From: Intoshia linei
Lineage: Eukaryota > Animalia > Orthonectida
Length of the DNA: 64,000 nucleotides
NCBI GenBank assembly: GCA_001642005.1
Contig: LWCA01000011.1
Span: forward strand, 1 to 64,000
Reading direction: 5' to 3'
Shown piece by piece: positions 51,889 to 64,000 of this stretch. The notes under the pieces are model-generated. The model was not told where the DNA came from. It saw only the letters and a list, made by a program, of their open reading frames with translations, and did no database searches. The position numbers and the translations under genes are program-made. The stretch's first letter is position 1. Every line of letters begins with the position of its first letter.

Positions 51889-52659
51889 TTAATTTTGTTT
51901 CAATTGGTCAAGACGGTTTTGTAAATCGTCCGTATCATTAGTAATTATAGAATCATTCACACATGGTCGTTGGTGTATCTCTAATCTACAATTAATTTAT
52001 ATCGATATGTTGAACCTGATAGTTTTTCATTTATTTCTGCTGATATTTCCCCAATAATTGCTTCCGTTACGTCATCACTAATAGAATAAGGTAAATTAGA
52101 AATAAACGTCAAACCCTTCTTCCTCAACTCCTTCGTCAAATGCTATTTCCATGGCATCATCTAGAGTTTCAGATTTGGCGTCCGTAATTTCGTTCTCACG
52201 TTGAAAATTATACATGATGCTTTGTAATTCGGGTAAATTTACCTATATAGTTAATATCTGAAAAATTTGACAAACTTGTTTATTGATGGATTTCAACGCA
52301 GAACTGGTACTTTTGAGAGCATGTGTTAATTCTGTTATTGACATGACGGTGCTGAGCTTAACACTCACAGCTTGGATATGTGATTCAAGTATGGCTGTTT
52401 TGGTAATATTACGACGTGTTTGAGCTAATTGTTTAGCCAAGGTTCTGGCTGCAGTCTATTAAATGTATGCATTTAGTTTATAAATGTATACGGGTTTATC
52501 ATCCTGTAACATTTTTTTAATTTTGGGTTTTAAAGAATTTTCAATTCTGACAAGGCGAGTATTTAATTGGCCGACTTGTCTTAATGTTTTCTTAATTAAG
52601 CGATCGTTTTTTCTAATTTTTTCCCTTGGAGTTTCCCTGCCAAATAGTGATTTTAACAT
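51889..52659 (-). CDS. CHMP2: ESCRT-III Snf7-family subunit CHMP2/Vps2
   Basis: MLKSLFGRETPREKIRKNDR, ARTLAKQLAQTR, IQAVSVKL, INKQVNLPELQSIMYNFQRENE and the C-terminal MIM1 DDLQNRLDQLK. Confidence 0.88.
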
Positions 52660-52735
52660 TGCTGTAAATGAATTTAATTCGTTATAGAGATAAATGCTAG
52701 GGAATTGAATACAATTTCACATATTGTTTATTTGA

Positions 52736-55702
52736 TTAATACAAATGTTTGTCTATATAAATTTGTAATTGCTCTAATTTTTTGTCAATTTCGTTAATGT
52801 TGTAATCCTTAATTGTGTCTAAAGGAAATATTTAAAAGTTTAATTTCAAAAATACCTGATTTGTAGATATCAACCGATGAATCAGATTCGATGTAATAAT
52901 TTTGCCTGGATTTTATATTGGGTTTATTTTTTTTTAATACTGATTTTGATTTTGATTTTGATTGGTACTTGCTTTTATTGTTACTGGAAATATTAAAATT
53001 TGAATCTGAATCGCTAGTGTTAAGTCTTTCGTCTAATTTTTCATGTTTAAATTAAAAATTTTGTACCTGATCTGTATTGAAACTGACCACTTCCGAAAAT
53101 TGGCTTTTTTGTTCTAAATTTTTTTTATAAATACAGGTATATTCTTATATTTTTAAATTTACCTCGTCTTGCATTGGTTTATGTATTGTTTTTTCTTTAC
53201 ATATTCTGTTGGATTAAATCTTTTAAATCCACCTATATGGCATTATAATATAAATGCAAATATTATTACTTGATGCACTATGAGATCTTTTAATTTGAGT
53301 ATTATTATCGTTGCACATGATCCTGTAATTGGCAGAATTTGACCTTACTTGCCTTTTTTGTGGTTCAGTCATATATCTACTTTTAATGTGGCCATATTGG
53401 TTTGATTTGTAGTAATGGTTCTTGTTAGAGTTACTACAATTATTAAAATGTGAATTCCGTTTACTCGGTTTGAGATTTGAGGAACAGCTATCTGAAGAAA
53501 ATCTATCTTGAAAATTCTTTTTATAATTTGAATTTTGTGATGAATTTAATCGATAAACGGATAATTGAGTTGATAGCTGTTTTACCCGTGCAATTAATCG
53601 TTTCTCTTCCTTTTTCATCGTATTTATCTAAAAATGGTATATTTCCCTTTAAAAATGTAAACAGTTTCCTGAAGTCGCCGATTTTCATATTCTGTATCGG
53701 AAATATGTTGTCGAAATTCTCTTCTTTCTTTCTTCATGTGACTTTTTAATTGAGAGACAATGGATTGCAGCGATTTTTCCGTGTTGTTTCCTGTTTGGTT
53801 TATATTTTCACAATACGGAATTGATTCAGAAATGGTAACAACGTCTGTAACAAGAGGTAATGGTAATGGATATTGCACCGTATCGAATCGAGAAGTGTAC
53901 GTCAAAACCAAATACCGTTTATTGTGAATATCTCGGACAAATTTGCAATCTTGTCGATTAGTTTTCATTCTCTGAATTTTTTCCAAGTCTTCATATGTCA
54001 AAATGGTTAATGAAATTTCTGGACATTGTTCAGTCTGAAATTTACAAAAATAATTATAAAATAATTGACAAAAACTGCATCACCCAATCAAAGCAATAGG
54101 CCCTATAAAATTTTTTAAGAAAATGTGACCTCTATACATTGGTTAATCGATCTTTCATTATTTAAAAATTAAAAATAACTAATTGGACTGTTTAAATTAA
54201 TAGAACATTTTATTATACGATAATTTTGGTATAATTAAGAAATTTTCCAATATTACCTATTAATAAATTAAAAAACTAGACCTCATGATTGTAGGCCGTG
54301 TCATATAGATACTATGTCACCTCTCCTGGACCCACACACATTTTGTGTCATCTGTCCCCAGTGGTTCTTAAAAAATTTTTTTTTAACGCACCCTTATGGA
54401 TTATAAAAATGAAACGTATCAAAATTTTAATACCTCATTTCGTATCCGAGAGCTACTTTGCACCGAAGAAATTTTTGGAAAATGGGGTATTTTTTCCAAA
54501 TTGAGCATTAAAAAAATGAAGCGTCCTGAATAACAACTATTTTATGGTCAAATTTAACCTGTATATTCCAAACCCACTATTAAGCGCTATATGGCACTAC
54601 GAATCATTAGTTAAATTTTTTTAGGAGCTTATTTTTGATATTGTGGTTTGTAGCATGGTTGATTCATCTGTCTCATTAGAACACCATTTTCGCATTTCTA
54701 ATTTAAAAGGGTATGTTTTGTAGAAAAATTAAAGTTATGGATGAACATATAATTACTTAAGTCTTGGAACATTTCATTATAAAAAAATTCATAACACATA
54801 TCACATCATAAATGTAAAAATTTCAAATACAGCCCAAAAAATCGTCATAGTCCACTTTCTAATTTACATTATCAAAATAGTAAATATGTAAGAAATTTTT
54901 CATTACATATTCATTCAGAATGACCCTAGTCCAGAGGTGGGGAAGCATTTACTGTTAACGAAGGCCATATTAACGTCCATAAAATTTTAATAAGGCCCCA
55001 CGTTTCTAAATAAAATTCAATCAAATACAGCAGTGCTTCTCATGGAGGTGACTGGTCACCCAAGGGGTGAATGATACATTTATAGCATATTTTATTCAAT
55101 TTAGTAAAATCTTATGAGAAAACACCATAATTTTACCAACCTTAAGGAAAAAATCCTTTTTACCAATATTTTGTGAAAAATCTCGTTTTACCAAAAATTA
55201 AAATTTTAAAAATAATAAAATAATTCAAATTGTTAAAAATTTATCTTATTGTTAAAATGAAATTTTTCAATAAATAAAGATAATTTATGACATGTCGAAA
55301 ATATTACAATATTTTTGAAATATTAAATGTGAAAAAAGATGAATTAATTTTAATAATAAATCATATTTTAATAATTTTAATTACGGATAGATTTATATAT
55401 ATTTTGTATTTACCTGATACAATCGAATCATATCACAAAATATATTAAACGATTTATAACTTCCACTTTTTTTAGACATTTTTTCAATATCTATAAAAAT
55501 ATTAGTATAATTAATTCTACTTAATGGAAATATTACATTTATTATTGAATGTATCAGCCCAACATAGTTTTGTTTCTACATTTTTAAGGAAAATATTGAT
55601 ATTTTTCAAATTTGCTTCAAAATCTTCTAAACGAATTATCAAAGAATAAGGTCCAACTTTGGTATTTAATAATAAGTTTTTATTGATATCCTGACGCACC
55701 AT
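52736..55702 (-). CDS. CCDC61: CCDC61/VFL3 centriolar SAS6-paralog
   Basis: W.DTF...YIEKMSKKSGSYKSFNIFCDM, LTYEDLE and NKRYLVLTYTSRFDTVQYPLPL, then coiled coils and C-terminal EIDKKLEQLQIYI. Confidence 0.88.
55031..55210 (+). mobile_element. hAT-like MITE end (same family as 62690-62940)
   Basis: Starts CAGTGCTTCTCATGG. Homologous to the reverse complement of 62690-62940. Confidence 0.5.
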
Positions 55703-56263
55703 TTTATTTTTAAATATATAAAATTCCAATTGTTTATTCTTACGTTTCTATGATGTAAATTTACCACTATAAACATTGCTGGTTGTATAAATGTAACGCG
55801 TTGAGTTTATCCGTTGATATGTTCAAACTAATTTTAGAATTTATTATTATGAACATTGTTTCATTAAATTATTATTAAATTGTTAATTAATTTAACTTGC
55901 TAAATTATTAAATTAAAATAATTTACTATTATAATTAATAGAAACACTCAGAATCAAACCATCGCGTTGATTCATACGTGTGAAAAGACCAACTTTTCAA
56001 TAATAATGTGAATAATAATATAATGTGAGAAAGTGCAAACAATTGGAGCATGTCTCAAGATAGGTTGTGAATTGTGACTCTGCGTGCAATCTTTACCATG
56101 CTTTTAGAAATATTTATGAGATCAATAAAAATTAATTTCAATGATATGGGAAACACCATGGCAAGTCTGTTATACAATATATTGACCTAAAAGTTGGTTT
56201 AAACTCTGAAAATATTAAAAAGTATCTGTTGGTGAAGTTTCACACTGAATTTAAAACCTCGGT

Positions 56264-59257
56264 ATGGATAATACTGAGTCTGCTGACAATGACAAGTTAA
56301 AAAGTGTCATGTTAACAGATGATATTGCTAGAGCGGCCCAAAAGGTTCGTCGACGTCCATATAGTCAATTTTACACATTTAAATACCCCAAGAAAATTTA
56401 CAATAAGGTCGATAACGTCAAGAATATCAAATCGTTTCAAATTAAACACGAAAAAATAGAAACGAAAGAAATAAAAGCTGGACCATGTCTAATTGATAAA
56501 CCTAATAAAACCAAAAGTAAATCAGTTTTAGAAATTTATCCTGAAAAAATCGAAATTCCAATAAGCCGATACAAATCCATGAATTATGACGATACTGTTG
56601 CTTATCCATTTACTAGCATCGAAGAAATAAAACTAAATTTCCCACGTAGACAGACAGAAAATGAAAAATTTTTGAATCATCTCAAAATTGGCGCACAACC
56701 TCAACCCTTATACAATTCTAACAATGACAAACAATGTGAAACACCTGTCAACGTACCATCCTCGTCGTCTAATGAAGATAGTATTTATGAAAATTACAAC
56801 GACATAAAAGAAAGATTAAACATAATCTACGCGGAACATTTAAACTCGAAATTTGATAAAATTGACAATGCACCAATACCTCTACCTAGAAAAAAACGCC
56901 AAAAGGGTACTTAAATACAACAATATCAAAATGTATATAATTTTTTGATTTTTATAGAAAGTGAAAATATTGTGGAAATTAATGAAACCATCTCATCCTT
57001 TGATTTTCTTGAAGACATGAATAATACCGATGACGAAATTGAACCTATTGATCGAAAAAGTTTATTATATTGATATATTTTTTAAAACTAATAAAATCTA
57101 AATAATAGATGTATCGAACAATCCTACAATAAATAATATAGGAGACAAAATTGACCAGGAATTTGAAAATGCTCTGAATCGCGATTTCGATATACAAGAT
57201 ACATGCAGTTCCGAATCTTCAAATACTCAAAGTACTCAACACGCTACCGATATTGTTATTTCTAAACCAACAGTCAGCTCCATGATATCATTTGTTCAGC
57301 AGGTACTCAATTCAACCAAAATTTCCAGTTTACATAATTTTATAGGCGAATGGAAAAGTTTGGCAGGGGTACGCCCTTATTTCAACAAAGAAAAAATTAC
57401 GATCCAGGTTCCTACGTTGTTGGTTACATTTTGATTCAAAAACCTTTTCTGTATCATACCGAACCTCTAATGTAATCAATTTTTATCTTTATACCACGAT
57501 TATTAGATTACTAGAAAAATTTTAATTTACGCATCAGAGATGAAAAACGTTGTACAAGATATTTCTGTAATTGTTTTGATTTATAATCTGTCAATTTTGT
57601 AGAATCAATTTAGTAGCAAATTTTATTGCTTTGATTTAATAACCACCAACAAAAACTACAGATTTGGTACATTTTCTATAGGTATATTATTTTTTATTTC
57701 ATTCATTATAATGCATACAATTATTTGTCTAAAAGTATCTATTTAAAGAAATAATTGAGCTTATTATCGTATTTATATTATTTTATTACTCATAAAATAA
57801 AAAAAATGGTTTATTACCTAGAAATTTAATGTTTTCGTATTCTAACTTATATAATATGCTACGCGATTTTTGTTTGTGTGTACCACTTTATTGAAATAAC
57901 TACCAGTCTTAGAATTTTTTAAAGACCACATTTTAATTACAGTTTTTTCCGGGACGTATAATAAGATAAATTTCAACCTCCCAATTTCACATCTTACGGG
58001 TCAAAAACTCCAATTATCCCTCTTTTTGAAAATCAAACGAGTTGGACAATTTAAAAAAATGTATACGCTGATACGGATTTTAAAATCATAAACATTATTA
58101 TAAATTTAAATTTAAAAACATTATATCTTCATGGCCAAAACCCCAAATTACTCTTCTTTTTTTAATGAAAACAGCCCTAGAATTTCAAAAAATTTCAATC
58201 CGAATAAGTGACAACTTCACGGTCAAAAAAGCATTTTAGTATTCATATTTTTTTTTCGAAATATTTTATTAAAATAAAAAATGTGAAATAATTAACGGTC
58301 CGAAAATTTAAAAAAAAAGAAGATTATTCTGATAGAGCTTATTCCAGTTGATATAAATACAAAATTTCAACCCCAGAAATCTACGCATTCCCGATGAAAA
58401 ATAATTTTTAATATATTATCAACCAATATTTTTCAAATATTTCGATGAACAAATAAATAAATGTAAAATAAATGTAAAAATGTTCATATCTCAAGACGTT
58501 CATCTTTGGAGAATTGACTGTATTTATAAATAGTTTTTTAGATTTGACAAGCCTTGTATTTCATATGCATAAACCATATACCCATGAAACGTTGTTCTGA
58601 TTTTATTTAGATGCCGAAAAATTAAAATAAATTCTGTCGTGGATCCCAATAATTTAAAAATTTGATCGTTTGATTTTCTATTATAATATTATTATTAATG
58701 ATAAACAACTATAAAAAATTATTTCGAAAAGTGACTGAAAAAAATGCAATCAATGTCTTAATCCTTAATATTGATAATTTGTAGTATTTTCTCCGGTGCA
58801 TATATTTTTTAATAAGTAAAAAATAAATGCTGGTTTAAAAGAGTTATTTATTTCTAAATTTTTGGTTAAGTTTTAATTATATAAAAATATTAACAATTAA
58901 TATACCGGCAATTTATAATTCAGGGAATTTGGAACTTGCATTTTCATATTAATTAGCAATTAACATCTATATTTACGATTAATCAACAATATATTAAGGT
59001 TTAAGAATGACACTGAATTCTGATATTTATCCGTATACAAATTGTCTGAAATTTTCAAATTCTAAAGAATTCTAAATTACCGGGCATATATAATATTTAT
59101 ACAATAAAATCACGTTTGGAAACTAATACATTATTGTATTATACATTTCCACTTTGTGTTTGTAAAATATGTCAAATATATTAAATTATTTATAGATGAC
59201 ATGACAATTTGGAGTAGTGTTTTGATGGAAGCGATACTAGCGGAAAAAGGTGGCTAA
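56264..59257 (+). CDS. Adaptor-like protein with disordered N-terminus and C-terminal PH domain
   Basis: Spliced exons give KVWQGYALISTKKKLR....RCLVTFD....S, FYCFDLITTNKNYRFGT and DMTIWSSVLMEAI, matching PH strands 1-7 and the Trp helix. Upstream motifs DSIYENY and PIPLPRKK. Confidence 0.7.
57841..58480 (+). mobile_element. Helitron family, 5' half, in the last intron of the PH gene
   Basis: TCTAACTTATATAATAT start. Closely similar to the reverse complement of 33460-34110. Confidence 0.8.
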
Positions 59258-60071
59258 AATGTATATTTGAAGCATGTAATAAATTTTAAAATTTACCAGT
59301 TTACTAAATGCGTTAGACTACGATCGATTAAAAAAACAAAAAGTTGTAGTTTTTGAAATTGTATATGTTTAAATGCTAAGTCGTCAAGTTGGATAAATAT
59401 ATTAATGTGATAGATTGACAGTGAGATGTATATTTCTACAAGAAAGGCAAACAGTAATCCCTTAGTCTGTGCTAGCAATGAACGTCATAAATGATAGTTT
59501 CGTATTATTAATAGTAGAAATCGGATCTAAATGGGGATTCGATTTTGCATAATAATAATTTTAATAATAATTTGCATAAGATTTTGATATAAATTAATTG
59601 CTGTATTGGAATCTTATCAAATGTATTTAATTTTGACAGGGAGCATTAAATTTGTAATTTACAACTTTTACTATTGCAGCAAACTTTCTTACTGCTTTAG
59701 GGTTTACAATAAAATATTGGAAGCGTGATAATTTGTAACAATCTCATTTTAGAAAATGTCAATACTCCAACGTGTAATTATATCATTTCATTATTTCATT
59801 AAAAGTTTTAGAGAATAAGTTTAAACCTTTAAGCACTTTATCAAAATAAATCCATCCCATAATTGATTTTTGCATTAACACTTGTTGCACGCCAAAAAGT
59901 TTTCTTATGATTGTACCGTTTGAGATGAATACAGGGATATAAATCTGAATATTTTTAACGATTCAAACTATTATCGACAACTGCATTTTAATTGATAGAT
60001 TTTTGACCCACAATTGCAGTTGTCTAATCATTTAAATATTCCATTTACAAATTAATCTCGATTGAAATGGA

Positions 60072-63000
60072 ATGACTATTTGCATTTTTTTATTTTACGT
60101 ATTTGTACAAATCGTATTAGGGGTGCCTTTACCTGAAAGATATAATCATCCATGGGATCATTTTACAGGAAATATTCCTTTTGCGTCACAGAAAATTGTA
60201 TACGAAAGTGGTTTTTATGTTTTTATTTTGCGTATACATAATTTAGCAAATGCTACTGTTTGCCAATGGGAAACTGTGGTCATTCATTGTGAAACTTATA
60301 AATCTGTCATCATTATCAAAAGTGCAATTTATGGTAGAATGCACACTCTTTATAAGAAATGTATCCAAAACTCGTATGGCTTTCAGGGTTGTTATAAAGA
60401 TGTTTCAAGTTATATATACTCAAAATGCTTCGCTCAAAAGAGGTGCACAATCACGCTTCCAGATTTTCATTTGGATAAAATGGGATCTTGTCCAGACGAT
60501 TTAAAATCCTTTTTAATTATACAATACGTCTGTCTAAAAAGTAAATCTTTCAATTAAAATTGACATGTACAATTTATTTATTTCTTAGTTGAAAACCATC
60601 AAAAAGTCAACATACAATTCAAGCACGTTCATTTGAACAAAAAGGGTTTTGTTGTCAGCAAAAAACAGCAACAAATATTTTTAATTGGATATATGGATCA
60701 ATTCAAAAGTGAAATGTATCTAAATCTCAAAATTTCGATTTATTCTCCACATGGAAATGATTATAAACTTTCCAAATATATACGACTTGTTAAAAACAAA
60801 ACTGCACTATGCCATTCTGCTGGTTACATTATTCCCGATTTTAACAATGACAGTATATTTATCATTCAATATATAGTTTATTCTTTTTAAAAAATTCAAA
60901 ATTTACCACACAAGTTCAAAGTTAATACATTTATTAGTATTCAATCTTTTTAAGGTAAAATTACAGTAATACAATATTTTTCATTTTTAGCAAAAATTGT
61001 GAATATAGCCTGATTATAAATTTGTAAAATTAAAATTGATTAACTATATTTTTATTGTCAAACATAATTCAATTTTTATGTCCAATGCTTAAATAAACAT
61101 TTAATTGGGTTAAGATAAACATAAAACTTGCTTTATAATTTGGTACACAATTCTGAGGAAAAAATGAAAGTGTCGAAACTGATTTGTAATCAATTGACTT
61201 ATCCTATAAACTTGAAAAAATTGATTTTATAATCCTTATATTTATATACTACTTTGTATTCTCTATTATTTTAAGTACATCTTGAGACGTCATGAATTAA
61301 GATAAGTTTAGGATTCGTTTATAATAATTAATAATAATTTATCAACGAATTACTAATATATATATATATTATTTCATTATGTTTATTATTAGTCATAGTA
61401 ATTTTGACTATATCAAATTCAAATATGACCATATTAAATGCAAACATGACTATATCAAATACAAACATGACTATATAAATAGAGAATATCTATATCTTAA
61501 TTTTTTTGATTGATTGACATTAAATCGAGTCCACATTGTATTATTTGTAAAAAATCAATTATTATTAATATAATCACGTTTTAATGAAGCATTTTATTAC
61601 ATTTATATTCCTAAATCGATGATTTTTCAACCTCTTATACCATCGTTATTTACTACCTTTATGGAAGTAGATAGAAAATAATGAAGTAATCGTCTAATTC
61701 ATGATTAAGCATGTAATATAATTATTGTACCATCTAACTTAATATTCGAAACGTTTGAATCAATTTATAAATTTCTGTGGATCACCATAAATCAACATTT
61801 CTCATAAGCCGTTTTTTATGTACATTTTTGTATTAACATTTTTAAGTAAATTTTTGAGTTATTATTGCAACATTTAATTTAAATTTTAAATAAATGAACC
61901 GACATTGAGTACTAAAAACTGGACAGATGCGTATCAATGGGTTCAAAAACAAAAGACTATTATTATGTCACATGATCAGTATTATGTACCAACTGGAAAT
62001 GATGTTAACTTGACCGAAGACTAAGTGAGTCAATATGTGGATTCAATAAATCAAAGCAGTTTTGAAAATTTTTTTAATATAAGAAAATGTTTAAATTCTG
62101 TTTGGAAAATATCGCTTGATCGTGAAAATTGAAAATCTAGAGTCGAAAGTTATCCCATTGAATGTCAAAAGAAAGAGGGGACGACCAGCTCAGGCAATCA
62201 AGTTTTGCTGAGGCAGTGTTAAATTAACGGTTAATTCAATAAATTAAAAATTAGTTAATTAAAAGTCTATTCACCCCAATAAAACAATTATTATGACATG
62301 TCATAATTGTGTAGAAATACACAATTTGCACTTATAAAATGTACTGAATTTGAGTACAAATAACGTCTTCACGTCATCACATCTTTTAAATTTTTATTGT
62401 TGGCTTTATGAATCATATATAATACATGGTGTTTGAAATATACAACAAAAATGTATGTGAAATTTAATCAAATACAAATATACAAATGTATGTACATATA
62501 AAAATTTAATGTGAAAAGTGACATTAGTTTAATTCAATGATTTTGTGGAAGTTAATAGATAAGTTGGTAACCTTTAAACGTAAATCGCCACGTTTTTCAA
62601 TATTGAAACATGTTCTATGTTTGCCGAAAAAATATGGCTAAATCCTTTTGGAATCAGATAGTGATTTCCTATATAAAATTTTGATAAAATTAAATTTTTC
62701 AAAAAAATATTGGTAAAAGATGATTATTTCTTTAATGGTTGGTAAAATTGGGTTTTTTCTTTTGGGATTTGATAGAGGCATTTTTTATCTAAAAGTTTGG
62801 TAAAATTTTGGTTTTTTCACATATTTAACTAAATTGAATAAAATATGTTAAAAATTTATTATTCACCGTTATTCACCCCAATCATCTAAAATTTTAGTAT
62901 TTACCCCCTCATAAAAATATTTACCCCATGAGAAGCACTGATTTAGACGCTAATATTATAAATTATAATGACATAAACTATAAACGCTGTAACTATTAAA

Positions 63001-64000
63001 TTATATGTTACAATAATAACTCAAATTTGTTTAAATTAAAAAAATAATGTTGATCTCTGGATATTTTACTGTAGTAGTGTTCGATAAAAAATTAATTTTA
63101 TCTGGCATAGGCCCTATCGTACGTGTAAAAATACGGTTGCTTTGAATGGAAATATTATAGACATTAATTTTAATTTGTTTACATAAAAATATAAATTATA
63201 ATTCCATTTGAACTCGTCGTTTAATTATAGTCAATTATCCCTTTTAAGAAGTATGTTCTATAGTGCTTTTTTCTCTAGGTTCACTTAACCTTTAATGTAT
63301 CCGTTAGGCAACAATGGTACAATAAAAAAAAATTCCATTTTTAAAATTTTAAACAAAAAAGTTTAAAATATACGTTAATACAATTAATAATTATAATTTC
63401 ATCAGAATATTGTTTAACTTATACCAATAATAAAACAAATCATTATGAATTATCCATCAAAAGAGGAAAAATGTATATTAATGGAAGAAACGATCCAATT
63501 TTAATCAAATATGAATACGAATATGGTAAATGATAAAAAACATACACTAAACTCAACATAGCTAAATGTGAAATGCCAAAACTGCCACCAAAATCGTGGC
63601 ACGCCCAGGAAGGTAACATTTTCACAGTTGGGTGTATTTGGGATAAGAAAAATAAATGGCGCTATGATTGCATATCAAAGACATGGGAAAACAACAACAA
63701 CCTTCCAATACCCCAAAAATGCTACATTGAAGGTAAAAACTATGCAACACAATAAAAAAGTATTTAGAATCAGTTATTATTGGGAATGAATCAATGAGTT
63801 AATATTGTATATTTAACAATTCAATATAATTTAGCTTATATAGCAATGTCAGTTTTATTTTTGTCAATATTTGCCTCTTTTATAATATTAACATGTATCA
63901 TCTTATACATAAAAAAGTAATGATAGTCGAAAATGTTAACTTTTAATTTTATTTAGAAAAAAATGTGTAGAAAATGATATATTTCAAGTTCGAACAAGTT
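60072..64000 (+). CDS. Type I membrane protein with SUEL (rhamnose-binding lectin) domain, CUB-like region, Cys/Trp module and TM; continues past the window
   Basis: Signal peptide, then SUEL C..E...I.C.....I.I.SAIYGR......C.......C......Y..C..QKRC.I........CP..LKSFL.IQY.C. Exons at 63406-63918 encode KCEMPKLPPKSW....N...VGC......W.Y.C...W followed by TM YIAMSVLFLSIFASFIILTCIILYI. The join between the two blocks is inferred. Confidence 0.7.
61406..61480. repeat. 21-bp tandem repeat TGACTATATCAAATACAAACA, about 3.5 copies
   Basis: Seen directly. An inverted TAGTCA copy lies at ~61390. Confidence 0.75.
61860..62222 (+). mobile_element. Mutator-like (MULE) transposase C-terminal remnant
   Basis: EPTLSTKNWTDAYQWVQ....YYVP and IPLNVKRKRGRPAQA, with in-frame stops and deletions. 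Confidence 0.65.

Noticed and set aside
55031-62940. Inverted pair of CAGTGCTTCTCATGG ends as a composite transposon enclosing the PH and lectin genes
   Set aside because: The flanks AAATACAG and ATTTAGAC do not form a TSD, and both ends lie in introns of different intact genes. Independent insertions are more likely.

Overview
This is eukaryotic, very AT-rich animal genomic DNA, not prokaryotic. Genes are split by many minimal GT-AG introns of about 33-50 nt, plus a few kb-scale introns filled with transposon debris, so most ORF-track entries are single exons or spurious. The gene content and intron sizes suggest a compact spiralian genome, for example an orthonectid such as Intoshia (inference, not verified). 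Spliced genes I reconstructed by hand, in order: an orphan TM/coiled-coil gene, UMP-CMP kinase (-), FoxA (+), FIG4 (-), an LRRC74-like LRR/EF-hand gene (-), an SLC16 transporter (-), Vsx (+), an L1/neuroglian-type CAM (+), CHORDC1 (+), CHMP2 (-), CCDC61 (-), a PH-domain adaptor (+) and a SUEL-lectin membrane protein (+, runs off the window). Also present are two tRNA-Gly(GCC) genes, about 10 copies of a non-autonomous Helitron family, many hAT MITEs (some with transposase remnants), IR/DR Tc1-type ends, and gypsy and MULE remnants. The most interesting observations are: (1) an operon-like 76-nt CCDC61-to-CHMP2 junction with AATAAA followed by a splice acceptor 2 nt before the ATG, suggesting polycistronic transcription or SL trans-splicing; (2) an intron (23029-23497) that folds almost entirely into two long hairpins; (3) an L1-type CAM without the FIGQY ankyrin-binding tail; (4) a Helitron family with doubled 5' and 3' termini. 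Exon boundaries are manual and unverified by transcripts.
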